This document shows positions 45,001 through 57,000 of a stretch of 64,000 nt of DNA, in pieces. Origin of the DNA: Macrostomum lignano (lineage: Eukaryota); NCBI GenBank assembly GCA_002269645.1, contig NIVC01000103.1:865393-929392 (forward strand), written 5' to 3'. The notes under the pieces were generated by a model. It had not been told where the DNA came from and did not search any database. It saw only the letters and a program-made list of their open reading frames with translations. A program made the position numbers and the translations under genes. Within the stretch, counting starts at the first letter, position 1. Each line of letters starts with the position of its first letter.

Positions 45001-48000
45001 CCACCAACAGGGAGTTTTTTCACGAACAGGGAATTCCCCTGAGTCTTTCACGAACAAGGAATTCCCTTAAGTTTTTCACGAACAGGGAATCCCCCTGAGT
45101 TTCCACGAACAGGGAATCCCCCTGAGTTTTCCACGAACAGGGAATTCTCCTGAGTTTTCCACGAACAGGGAATTCTCTTAAATTGTCCACCAACGGGCCC
45201 GGGATTTCCCTGAACTGTCCACCAACAAGGGATTTCTATGAATTGTCTACAAACATGGGGATTCCTCTAGATTGTCTTGTGACGGGGAATTCCCTTGAAC
45301 TTTCCAATTACAAAGAATAAAAAAGTTCGAACTGGGAATTTCCCCAAATAGCCCATCAACAGAGATTCTACAAACATCCGGTGTCCAACAGATGATTCAG
45401 TGTCCTTCAAATTGTCCGTGAACAGGGGAATCGCAATTTCCCAAAGCAACAGGAGGCCTCACCGTCCTCTCTCCCGCCGCCGCCGCTCTGCAGGCAGCCC
45501 TGGTTGCAGAGGCCGGTCAGTTCGTCGTGCAGCTGCCCGAAAGCCGGCCGCCGCTCCGGCTCCCACAGCCAGCAGAGCCGCATGAGCTGGTAGACAGAGT
45601 CCGGGCAGCCGGGTGGCTTGTCCATGCGGTAGCCGCTCTCTAGCAGCTGGTACACCTGGGGAGCGGGAGGCGGTGAAATTGATTGAATCAATGTGTCATA
45701 AAATCCCTTTTAATATCTCAAATCCTTAAAGCATAGATGAGTTTTCTTTTCTGACCCAACCCGACTCTGATCCTAAATCTTGAATCTACCCAACTTTACA
45801 TCCTGAATCTAGTCTGTAAAAGCGTGCTCCTATATCCTGAAGACAAAATATCCCACACCTTGAAGATAAATATCCCACACCCTGAAGATAAATATCCCAC
45901 ACCTTGAAGATAAATACCCCACACCCTGAAGATAAATATCCCACACCCTGAAGATAAATTACCCACACCCTGAAGATAAATATCCCACACCCTGAAGATA
46001 AATATCCCACACCCTGAAGATAAATAACCCACACCTTGAAGATAAATATCCCACACCTTGAAGATAAATATCCCACACCCCGAAGATAAATATCTCACAT
46101 CCTGAATATAAATATCCCACACACTGAATATAGATTATATTTCAACAGAATAGAAAAGAATCCCAAAGAGCAATTTACTCACCTGAGTCAGCTCAATATT
46201 GGGGTACGGCGAACAACCATATGTAGCAATCTCCCATAGCAACACGCCGAAAGACCAAACATCTGATTGGCTATTAAACCGATTATAAGCCAGACTCTCT
46301 GGCGCTGTCCACTTGATGGGGAATTTCGCGCCCCGCCTGGCAACATAGACATCTGAGTCACCTTCGAGACAGCGGGTGAGACCGAAGTCAGCCACCTTCA
46401 CCACGGAGCCATCGCTGACCAGGCAGTTGCGGGCGGCCAGGTCGCGGTGAACAAACCGGTGCTGCTCCAGATAGGCCATGCCGCTGGCCACTTGGCTGGC
46501 CATGTAGAGCAGCACAAAGGGCCGGAGTTCGAGTCGGCGATTTCTTAGAAAGTCTAACAGATTGCCGTGCGGCATGAACTCGGCGATGATGTAGTAGGGA
46601 GCTTCTCTGGTGCACACGCCTGCGGGTGGAATGTGGGTCAGTAGTGGGTCAGTGTGTCAGTTAGTGGGTCAGAGGGTCAGTTAGTGGGTCAGAGGGTCAG
46701 TTAGTGGGTCAGAGGGTCAGTTAGTAGGTCAGAGGGTCAGTTAGTAGGTCAGAGGGTCAGTTAGAGGGTCAGTGGGTCAGAGGGTCAGTTAGTGGGTCAG
46801 AGGGTCAGTTAGTGGGTCAGAGGGTCAGTTAGTAGGTCAGAGGGTCAGTTAGTAGGTCAGAGGGTCAGTTAGTAGATCAGAGGGTCAGTTAGAGGGTCAG
46901 TGGGTCAGAGGGTCAGTTAGGTCAGAGGGTGACTCAGTTAGTGGGTCAGTGGGTCAGTTAGTAGGTCAGAGGGTCAGTTAGAGGGTCAGTGGGTCAGAGG
47001 GTCGGTTAATGGGTCAGATGATCAGTTAGGTCAGAGGGTGACTCAGTTAGTGGGTCAGTGGGTCAGTTAGTGGGTCAGAGGGTCAGTTAGTGGGTCACTA
47101 AGTGGGTTAGTGGGTGAGAGTCAGTCAGTGGGCCGGTCAGTCAGTTCACTCACCAAAAAGCTGTACCAGATTCTCGTGATGCAGCCGTTTCATCACTTGA
47201 GCCTCGGCTAAAAACTCGTTCACCTTGGAGATCATTTCCTCCTGTGCGGTTTAAAGACAGGACAAAAAAAAACGATAATTTTTTGTTAAATTTCTAAATT
47301 TCTAAAGGCTATGAATAAATTTTCAGAAACAAGCGCAGGAGGGAAGCCGAAAACGGGAGCGGAAAGGGGATGAGCGGGAGCGGAAGAGAGGAGTGGAAGT
47401 GGGGACTGAAGTGGATGCAGAAGTGGGGGCGGAAGAGGGGCGGAAGTAGGGGCGGAAGAGGCCAGCGGAAGAGAACAGTGGTAAAAAGGGAGCGGAAGAA
47501 AAGAGCGAAAGAGGGGAGCGGAAAATGGGGTGGAGGGGAGCGGAACAGAGAGCGGAAGAAGGGAGCGGAAAATGGGGTGGAGGGGAGCGGAACAGAGAGC
47601 GAAAGAGGGGAGCGGAAAATGGGGTGGAGGGGAGCGGAACAGAGAGCGAAAGAGGGGAGCGGAAAATGGGGTGGAGGGGAGCGGAACAGAGAGCGGAAGA
47701 AGGGAGCGGAAAATGGGGTGGAGGGGAGCGGAACAGAGAGCGGAAGAAGGGAGCGGAAAATGGGGTGGAGGGGAGCGGAACAGAGAGCGGAAGAAGGGAG
47801 CGGAAAATGGGGCGGAAGAGCGGAGCGAAAGAGAGGACGGAAGAGTGAGAGTTTTAAGTAAAAAAATTACCGGTACTCTAAAATAGGAAAAACACACACA
47901 CCCACACGATCAAGTACGGCTGGTTGGCACTAACCATGGCTAACTAACATCAAGATTTAGCTAGAAGGCGGGGAAGGCATCAGAGATATCAGAGAGTTTA

Positions 48001-51000
48001 CAAGGCTAACAACTGCAGCAGTAAACAGAAGTGCATACAGAATTTCATACGGACCAATGGACAGATAAGAGAAGAGAGACAGTATATATATTATGGATTT
48101 CAATAGATCATAAAATAAAAAATCAAATCTGGAGTTAAACTTCAGCAGTAGTTTAGTTGACGAACGAAATTATAGCCAGAATTTAGTTCGCAGTCCTTGA
48201 ATTATATTGCTAAGCCTACATAGTGCGGAATATACTCGTAGATAAACATATCTATATAATCTGGCCGGGTGGTGCTGGAATGATGAAGAAAGACCTGCGG
48301 AGACTGGGGTATGGGAATTCTTTGGCTGGGGTAGGAAGAGATGCGAGGGTTGTGGGGGTGAAAGTTCTGCCCCTGGTGAGTCATTGGTTGGCCCCAACAC
48401 ACTCATTCTCTCCCCCATCCCCTGTTTGACCCTTCAGGCCACAGTCTGTCAAAATGCGTTGCACTTGACAGCATTAAAATAAAATAATAATATTAGTCAT
48501 TATCAGGCTTTATTGGCACTTTAGCACAAAGATGGAATTGGGCGATTCTTAAGCTGGTATTGGGCGATTTTATCAGCTGGTATTGGGCGATTTTATTAGC
48601 TGGTATTAAGCGACGCTTTCAGCTGGTATTGGGCGATTTTATTAGCTGGTATTGGGCGATTTTATCAGCTGGTATTGGGCGATTCTTAAGCTGATATTGG
48701 GCGATTTTTTCAGTTGGTATTGGGCGATTCTTAAGCTGGTATTGGGCGATTTTATCAGCTGGTATTGGGCGAGTTTATTAGCTGGTATTGGGCGATTTTA
48801 TCAGCTGCTATTGGGCGATTTTATCAGCTGGTATTGGGCGATTTTATCAGCTGGTATTGGGCGATTTTATCAGCTGGTATTGGGCGATTTTATCAGCTGG
48901 TATTGGGCGATTTTATCAGCTGGTATTGGGCGATTTTATCAGCTGGTATTGGGCGATTTTATCAGCTGGTATTGGGCGAGTTTATCAGCTGGTATTGGGC
49001 GATTTTGTCAGCTGGTATTGGGCGATTTTATGAGCTGGTATTGGGCGATTTTATCAGCTGGTATTGGGCGATTTTGTCAGCTGGTATTGGGCGATTTTGT
49101 CAGCTGGTATTGGGCGATTTTGTCAGCTGGTATTGGGCGATTTTGTCAGCTGGTATTGGGCGATTTTGTCAGCTGGTATTGGGCGATTTTGTCAGCTGGT
49201 ATTGGGCGATTTTGTCAGCTGGTATTGGGCGATTTTGTCAGCTGGTATTGGGCGATTTTGTCAGCTGGTATTGGGCGATTTTATCAGCTGGTATTGGACA
49301 ATATTACCAGCTGGTATTGGGCGATTTTATCAGCTGGTATTGGGCGAGTTTATCAGCTGGTATTGGGCGATTTTATCAGCTGGTATTGGACAATATTACC
49401 AGCTGGTATTGGGCGATTTTGTCAGCTGGTATTGGGCGATTTTGTCAGCTGGTATTGGGCGATTTTGTCAGCTGGTATTGGGCGATTTTGTCAGCTGGTA
49501 TTGGGCGATTTTGTCAGCTGGTATTGGGCGATTTTGTCAGCTGGTATTGGGCGATTTTGTCAGCTGGTATTGGGCGATTTTGTCAGCTGGTATTGGGCGA
49601 TTTTGTCAGCTGGTATTGGGCGATTTTATCAGCTGGTATTGGGCGACTTTATCAGCTGGTATTGGGCCATTTTATCAGCTGGTATTGGGCGATTTTATTA
49701 GCTGGTATTGGGCGATTTTATCGGCTGGTTTTGGGCGATTTTATTAGCTGGTATTGGACGAGTTTATCGGCTGGTTTTGGGCGATTTTATTAGCTGGTAT
49801 TGGGCGATTCTTTTTAGCTGGTATTGGGCGATTCTTTTTAGCTGGTATTGGACGATTTTATTAGCTGGTATTGGGCGATTCTATCAGCTGGTATTGGGCG
49901 ATACTAAAAATAGAAACAAGATGATTTTCAAAATCACGCAACCCGCCAAACTCACGCGAACAGTTTTCACAGCAACCATCTGGTTGCCCCAGCGTTTCCA
50001 CACGGCCTGATAAACATCTCCATACTGTCCGGCTCCCAGCTTGTTGTGCAGCACCAGCTCTGTGCGGTCCACCTCCCACAGGTCCTCAGGCTGGCAGCCG
50101 CGTGCAGCGGACCTGTGCTGCCGCTTCGGTGCCGGGTACAGCAAGGCGCACATGAGACCGTCAGCCCGTTGAGAGTGATGCTGCACCAGCTGGCACACGG
50201 TGGGGAACGCGTGCTCGGAGATCACGAAATAAATTGGATCGCCGTTTGGGCCTTCCGCTCGGCTGATTCGATAGTGAAATACCTGCGACCGGTGGGGAGG
50301 GGGTGGGAGTGAGAAATCTGAATTGTAGCGGGTATATGAAGTGGTTTGTTTTGTGTAAAAGTAGTTGCCACGGTAACCAGTTGGCTTCAAAGAAAATAGT
50401 CGTAAATACTGTCACAATAGACGGTCACTGAGAGAAAGAACGATCACTAAAAGAGAGAGAACGGTCACTAAAAGAGAAAGAACGGTCACTAATAGAGAAA
50501 AAACGGTCACTAAGAGAGAGAACGATCACTAATAGAGAAAAAGAACGGTCACTAATAGAGAAATAACGGTCAATAAGAGAGAAATAACTGTCACTAATAG
50601 AGAAATAACGGTCAATAAGAGAGAAATAACGGTCACTAATAGAGAAAGAATGGTCACTAAGAGAGAAATAACGGTCAATAAGAGAGAAATAGCGGTCACT
50701 AATAGAGAAAGAATGGTCACTAAGAGAGAAATAACGGTCACTAATAGAGAAAGAACGGTCACTAATAGAGAAAGAACGGTCACTAAGAGAGAAATAACGG
50801 TCACTAATAGAGAAAGAATGGTCACTAAGAGAGAAATAACGGTCACTAATAGAGAAAGAACGGTCACTAATAGAGTAAGAACGGTCACTAATAGAGTAAG
50901 AACGGTCACTAATAGAGTAAGAACGGTCAATAAGAGAGAAATAACGGTCACTAATGTAATGACTCAGACTAGCTATTTAGTTTGGCGAGAGAAACGATGC

Positions 51001-54000
51001 ACTTAAATGAGCCGATTGCTCAATTCAATATATTTATAGGCACGAGAGCATTGCGTAATAAGAGTATTGCTACGAGTTAGTTCATCGACCAAGCCAAGTA
51101 CATTATTACCGCGCAGAGCGTACACTACATCTCTCCTCATTTTGGATTAAAAGTTTTACTGCAAAAGGTTTTTTAAAAACTGAAAATTACCACAAATACG
51201 AGTAAAATCTTGCAAAGAAGAAACATTAATAGAGAAAATGTTACTGATTGTACATGTAATGCCTTAGCTGGAGAATGAACAATTTTCTATCCGCAATCTC
51301 AAGACGCAAAAGCAAAATCAAACAAGATATTAGCGTCAGTCTGCCAAGCGCGAGTTATAGTTAAACCCTATAGTTCACTTTCACCTTGGCCTCTCGGGGT
51401 GTGGTCGCAGCGCAATTGGAGGGGTCGCGGGTTCGCTCCCCGCAGCTTGCAGGATCGGCGGTGCGGTCTCCCCGACAGGAAAATCGGGCTCTGCATCTGG
51501 CGCTACCCGCTTCAGGTCAGTGCAGTGCCGCCTGCAAACTCTGGCGCCCTGCCGAATGGTCATCGAGTCGCCCTTGACACTCTCGACCAGCCAGGGTGTC
51601 CACTCAAACGGAGCCTCGCCCTTGAGCGGATTTAGTCGGCGCCGGAGCACCGTGTCGCCGACTTTGAGCCCATGCGGTCTCGCCTGCCGTCGCTTGTCCG
51701 TGTAGCGCTTGCCCTTTGCCTTGCTGCTGGCGTCCTGCTGTCGGAGCCTCCTGTCTGCGATGGCCACCGGTCTCGACGGCCTGATTGACGGGATGGCGTC
51801 GTTTGGGACGCGACCCAAGAGCAGCTCGGCTGGTGCCCGGTTGGTGGTTCGCTGCGGCGTGCAACGGTAGGCCAGCAGCCACTCGTCAAGGGCCGCCCTC
51901 CAGTCGCGCTTCTGGGCAATGGCAGCTCGTACAACCTTATTGATGGAGCGGTTCAGGCGCTCAGTGATGCCGTTGGCCTGCGGATGCAGCGGTGTGATGA
52001 GACGCTGCCGGATTCCGTGGCTGCCCAGAAAGCCTTTGAACTGGGCCGAGGAGAATGGCGGGCCGTTATCGGTGACCAGTACCTGTGGGATGCCGAATCT
52101 GGCGAACGAATTCCTCAGCTTGGGAATCAGCGCTTCGGCCGTTGTGGTCTGGACGATCTCGACTTCAGGGAAGCGCGAGTAGTGGTCAACGCAGACGAGC
52201 AGCATGCTGCCTTGAATGGGGCCTAGCAGGTCTGCCCCTAGTGTTAGCCATGCAGCTTTCGGGATCGGCGTCGGCTTCAGCGGCGCGGCGGTCACGTCGG
52301 CCGCGTGCGACGTAGCTGCACAGGCTCGGCAGGCACGCACGAAGAGCTCCGCTTCTGTCTGCATCCTCGGCCACCAGACTTTGGTGCTCAAACGGTCAAC
52401 CGTCTTGCGCAGGCACTGATGACCGCGGTGTGCCAGGTCCAAAACCAGGCGCCGAAGCGCCATTGGAACTACGATTCTCTGGCCCCGCAGGAGCACGCCG
52501 TCCGCTGCCGATAGCTCATTCCGTAGGGCGTGGAGCGATCGCGTCTCCGCCGACTCGAGGCTCCATCGTCCTGTCTCCAGCGATCGAATAGCGGCTTGAA
52601 TTGTTGCATCTTGCAGCGAACTCTCTTGCACTGAGGACAGCGACAGCGCGTTCGGTATGGCCGCCTGGACGATTGCAGCGATGCAGAGGGTGTCGAGCTC
52701 TTCGCCGACATTTCTTCCTCGTGTTGGCAGCGGCTGCCGGCTCAGCACGTCCGCTGGGTTAAGTGGGCCAGGCTGATATTCGACTGTAAATTTCATGTGC
52801 TGAATGCGCAGCGCCATTCTTTCGATCCTCGGGGGAGGCCTTGAGCCACTGCTGAACAATGCGATGAGCGGCTTGTGGTCTGTCACCACCGTAAATGTCG
52901 GAGCGCCGTGCAGATAGTACTGAAATTTCAAGCAGCCGTATTTGACGGCCAGCGCCTCCTTCTCAGTCTGGGAGTAGCGCTGCTCAACATCGGATAGCGT
53001 CCGGCTGGCGTACGCGACAGGCCGGTTGGTGCCGTCCGCTTGCGTCTGCGTTAGGATCGCGCCCAGGCCCGCTGGGCCGGCGTCGACGATGAGTTGCGTC
53101 GCTAGGCGGTGGTTGAAGAAGGCGAGGGTGCCGCTGGTCGCAATCCGGGTCTTCACGTCGTCAAAAGCTCGTTTCTCGAGGTTGGTCCATGCCCAGGGCT
53201 CGCCTTTCCTAGTCAGATTGCGCAGTGGCCTCGCTACATCCGCCAGCCCGGGGGTGAATGAGGCCAGATAGTTGACCAGGCCTAGGAACGAGCGCACCTC
53301 TGTGGCGGTCTTTGGCTCGGCAAATGCGTGGATGGCTTCCAACTTGGACTGGGTTGGTCTGACACCTTCACTGGACAGCTGCATCCCCATAAACGTGACC
53401 TCGGTACGGGCGAGCTTGCATTTTAACGGATTCAGCGTCAGCCCGTGCTGTGCCAGTCGTCGCAGACATGCCTGCAGGTTGCTGTGGTGCTCCGCCACGC
53501 TGTGCCCATACACGATGATGTCGTCGTGAATCCATTTTACTTTCGGGAGTCCAGCTAGCACGGATGACATGCCCGCCTGGAGAATTTCCTGGGCCGTAGA
53601 CAGTCCCATACAGAGCCGTGTCAGCCGCCGCAGGCCTCGTGGTGTCGAAAAAGTCAGAAGATGGCGGCATTCGTCGGCGACTGGGATTTGATAAAATGCC
53701 TTCGCGATGTCGAGCTCTGAGAATAGCTGCGCTCCTGCCATGTCTCCCGTCACCTCCTCGAATGTCGGGATGGGAATGGGATGCCGCTCTCTAATGACCG
53801 ACTTGTTCAGGTCTCTCAAGTCCTGCGTAATCCTGATCTCGCCTGGAGTCTGCTTGGGCACGACGACGATGCGGGCTACCCACGGACAGGGGCCTTCCAC
53901 CGGCTCGATGATGCCTTGGTCCTCGAGGCACTGCAGCTCGGCGTCGACTGCCTGTGCGAGATGTATTGGCACCCTTGATGGGGGATGACAGACCGGCCTG

Positions 54001-57000
54001 GCTCCCTCCTCCAGGAAGATGCGGGCGGCATAGTTTTTGAGCCTGCCGATTCCGCTGAAGACTAGTGCGTTCTCCGTTAGGAGTTCGTGCAGGGCCGGTG
54101 CCCCCGGCGCATGTAGGACGTCCTTTGGGATCCCTGTTAGCATGCTGTCTAGCGAGACCTCGGGAGACGGACGCAGCTGGTATGCCACCGTGTTCTCCGG
54201 GCCGACTCGCAGAATCTGAAGTCTTTCAGCGCTTCTCCGGCCAATGATGCAAGCGCCCTCACCGTCGAGCACCAAGAACGGTAGTGTCTCGTGGATCTCG
54301 AACACGCTGACTTGCAGGTCTGCCTTGCCCAGCAGTCTCAGCGGCTCTTGGCTTCCGTATGGGTAGACCTTGTCGCTGGCGGGCTGCAGCGCGGCTTTCT
54401 GCGGCATCCTGTCGTAGGCCGCCCTGTCGATGATGTTGCAGGCCGCGCCGCTGTCGATGAGCACCTTTGTCTTGAGCCCGTTAATTGTCGCAGGCGTCCA
54501 AGCTGAGCCGCAGTTCCTCAGGGTGAATAGCTCGTGCTCGATGGGGTCGTCTTGCAGATATTCGACTCGACCCGGCGGAGCCTCCTCCTGCGGTTCGTCA
54601 ACGGTCCTCAGAGGGACTTTAGCTGCTCCTCGACACGCCCGAGCGAAATGACCCATCTTGCCGCAGCGTCGACACGCCTTGTTACGGGCTGCCTCGCACG
54701 TCTGATGTCCTGGTCGCCCGCAGCGATCGCAGTTGATGCCGCTGTCTCTTGCCGCGGCAGCCGGCCTGGTTGTATGGGATGGTCGGTTACGAGGTGGACG
54801 CAGCGCCGCCACATTCGAAGCGGAAGGATGGCCCGTGTCGGCTGCGGCGCCGATCTCCATGGCCTGGGCCTGCTGCTCCGCTGCCTCCCTCGCTCGGATT
54901 CGCTTCAAAACGTCGTCTAAGGAGACATCGTTGAGCTGCAGGAGTTCCCTCCTGATCCTCTCGGACCGGTAATGAGCCACGATCTTGTCCCTGATGAGCG
55001 AGTCTCGGAGTTCGCCGAATGTGCATTGGTCCGCAGCCTTGCGTAGCCGATGATACCAGGCCTCAATTGACTCTCCTTCCTCCTGCCGGCATATTTCAAA
55101 CTGGTACCTGAGGAAGACAACGCTGTTCTTTTGGTCGAAGATACCCTGCAACTCTTTGATGAGCTCCTCCGCGGACTCTCCTTTCTTGACGCCGTTATCG
55201 TCCATGAAGTCTTCCAGCTTCTCGCCCGCAGTGTAAACTAAGAGCTCCAGCTGCTGTGTCGCATCTGTGATGCCAGCTGCGCGTATGTAGCTGTTGAACC
55301 TTCGCGTCCAGGTTTTCCATCGCTGAGCTCTTGTCAGAGGATCGCCTTCGAGGTCAAAGGCGTCTGGTGCCGCGAGTTGCAGGGCCTGTGCCATATTTGC
55401 TGAATCACCGGTCGTTATCAGTGCGCGGGGGGTTGGCCTCACTGAGAGTTTGCTTGCGACGCCATGTAATGACTCAGACTAGCTATTTAGTTTGGCGAGA
55501 GAAACGATGCACTTAAATGAGCCGATTGCTCAATTCAATATATTTATAGGCACGAGAGCATTGCGTAATAAGAGTATTGCTACGAGTTAGTTCATCGACC
55601 AAGCCAAGTACATTATTACCGCGCAGAGCGTACACTACAACTAAGAGAGAAATAACGGTCACTAATAAAGAAAGAACGGTCACTAATAGAGAAATAACGG
55701 TCAATGAGAGAAATAACGGTCACTAATAGAGAAAGAATGGTCACTAAGAGAGAAATAACGGTCACTAATAGAGAAAGAACTGTCACTAATAGAGAAAGAA
55801 CTGTCACTAATAGAAAAAGAACGGTCACTAATAGAAAAAGAACGGTCACTAAAAGCAAAAGAATGGGCACTAAGAGAAAACGGTCACAAAGGGAGGGAGA
55901 AAGAACCGTTACTAAAAGAGCCGGTTACAAAACACGGTCAGAACAGCAAGACACCACAACGGCAACATTCACAGTCCCAAGTGACCACGCCATCTTACAA
56001 CTGAACCCCTCACCCCAAAAGGCCTCACCTTGCTATTGTATCGCACACTGATGCTCATCTGACCGGGCTCGGACTCGCTGTCCCTCACCAGGTAGCTACC
56101 ATTGATACCAGAGCTCAGCAGGTACTCAGCCCGTCGCCTGCTCACTTGGCCGTGATACCAGGCGAACAAGTTGAGATTCCTAGGCGGAGCAACATAGCTT
56201 GAAGGCACCCAGCCCCGGCAACCGCTAACCGGATTGTCCACCTCCATCCAGTGGCCAACCGAGCTGTTTAGGCCGCGGAATTTCAACTGTTCACCTCGAC
56301 GGATGCTCAACTGAGTCGGCTTGGTAGCGGTGAAGTCATACAGGGCTACAAGAGGCTCGCCTTCGCACAGGCTACCGGGAGGATAGGGAGCCGCTTGAGC
56401 TAGCATTGAGTCTGAGGACTGAACTGATTGCTGCTGTTGCAGTTTGTGTTGTTGTTGTTGCTGTAGTGGTGAGCCACTTGGTGCAGCACCAATTGCGGTG
56501 GCCGCATTTGCTGACCAGCCATCTAGAGAGTTGATTTGATATATTTTTTCATGTATCTTTTGCCTACTTTGTAGCTTTTTAGGTCGGGAAACATGGTGGC
56601 ATATTGGAAGTACAGACACTATAAAAATTCATAACAATTTTAATGTCCATCATACTATAATTTGTATTGATTGCATTGTAGGTAAAAGTAATAATAAAAA
56701 ATATTTTCAATCATGTACCAAATAGTACGAGCTACAAAAAAGAATGTGACAAGCTGTTCCAAAATGATTTTCTTTTAAAATTTATTTATTTTGAAATAAA
56801 GAACTCTCATATTAAGCTGTCATTAAGCTAGTTTTTATGCCATATTCATGTATTGCTACCATTTAGTGTCAGTCACATTAGCAAAAAGACACTTTAGCAA
56901 AAGCCAATCTGATATATCAAAATTTGAAATTGTACTTGGTGTAAACAAAAGGACCATGTGGTGTACACATGCGATGGTTTTTACATGTAAATGGCTTTTA

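Larger units (their letters stand above)
50955..55639 (-). mobile_element. Full-length Ty3/Gypsy LTR retrotransposon (Mag-like), recent insertion in Abl intron 2
   Basis: 175-bp LTRs (TG...CA) at 50955-51129 and 55465-55639 appear identical. 5-bp TSD ACTAA at 50950-50954 and 55640-55644. PBS TGGCGTCGCAAGCA (tRNA-Ser-like) follows the 5' LTR; a purine tract AATGAGGAGAGA precedes the 3' LTR. Confidence 0.96.
50425..55900. repeat. 21-bp minisatellite split by the Gypsy insertion (50425-50954 and 55640-55900)
   Basis: ACGGTCACTAA(T/G)AGAGAAA(G/T)A units on both sides of the LTRs. Confidence 0.92.

Noticed and set aside
47286-51006. Repeat ORFs such as [14 protein letters not shown] and TVISLL
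   Set aside because: Intronic minisatellites of Abl.
53500-53545. RT motif IHDD instead of YxDD as a sign of inactivity
   Set aside because: Non-Tyr variants (I-x-DD) are common in this Gypsy group and both catalytic Asp residues are present.
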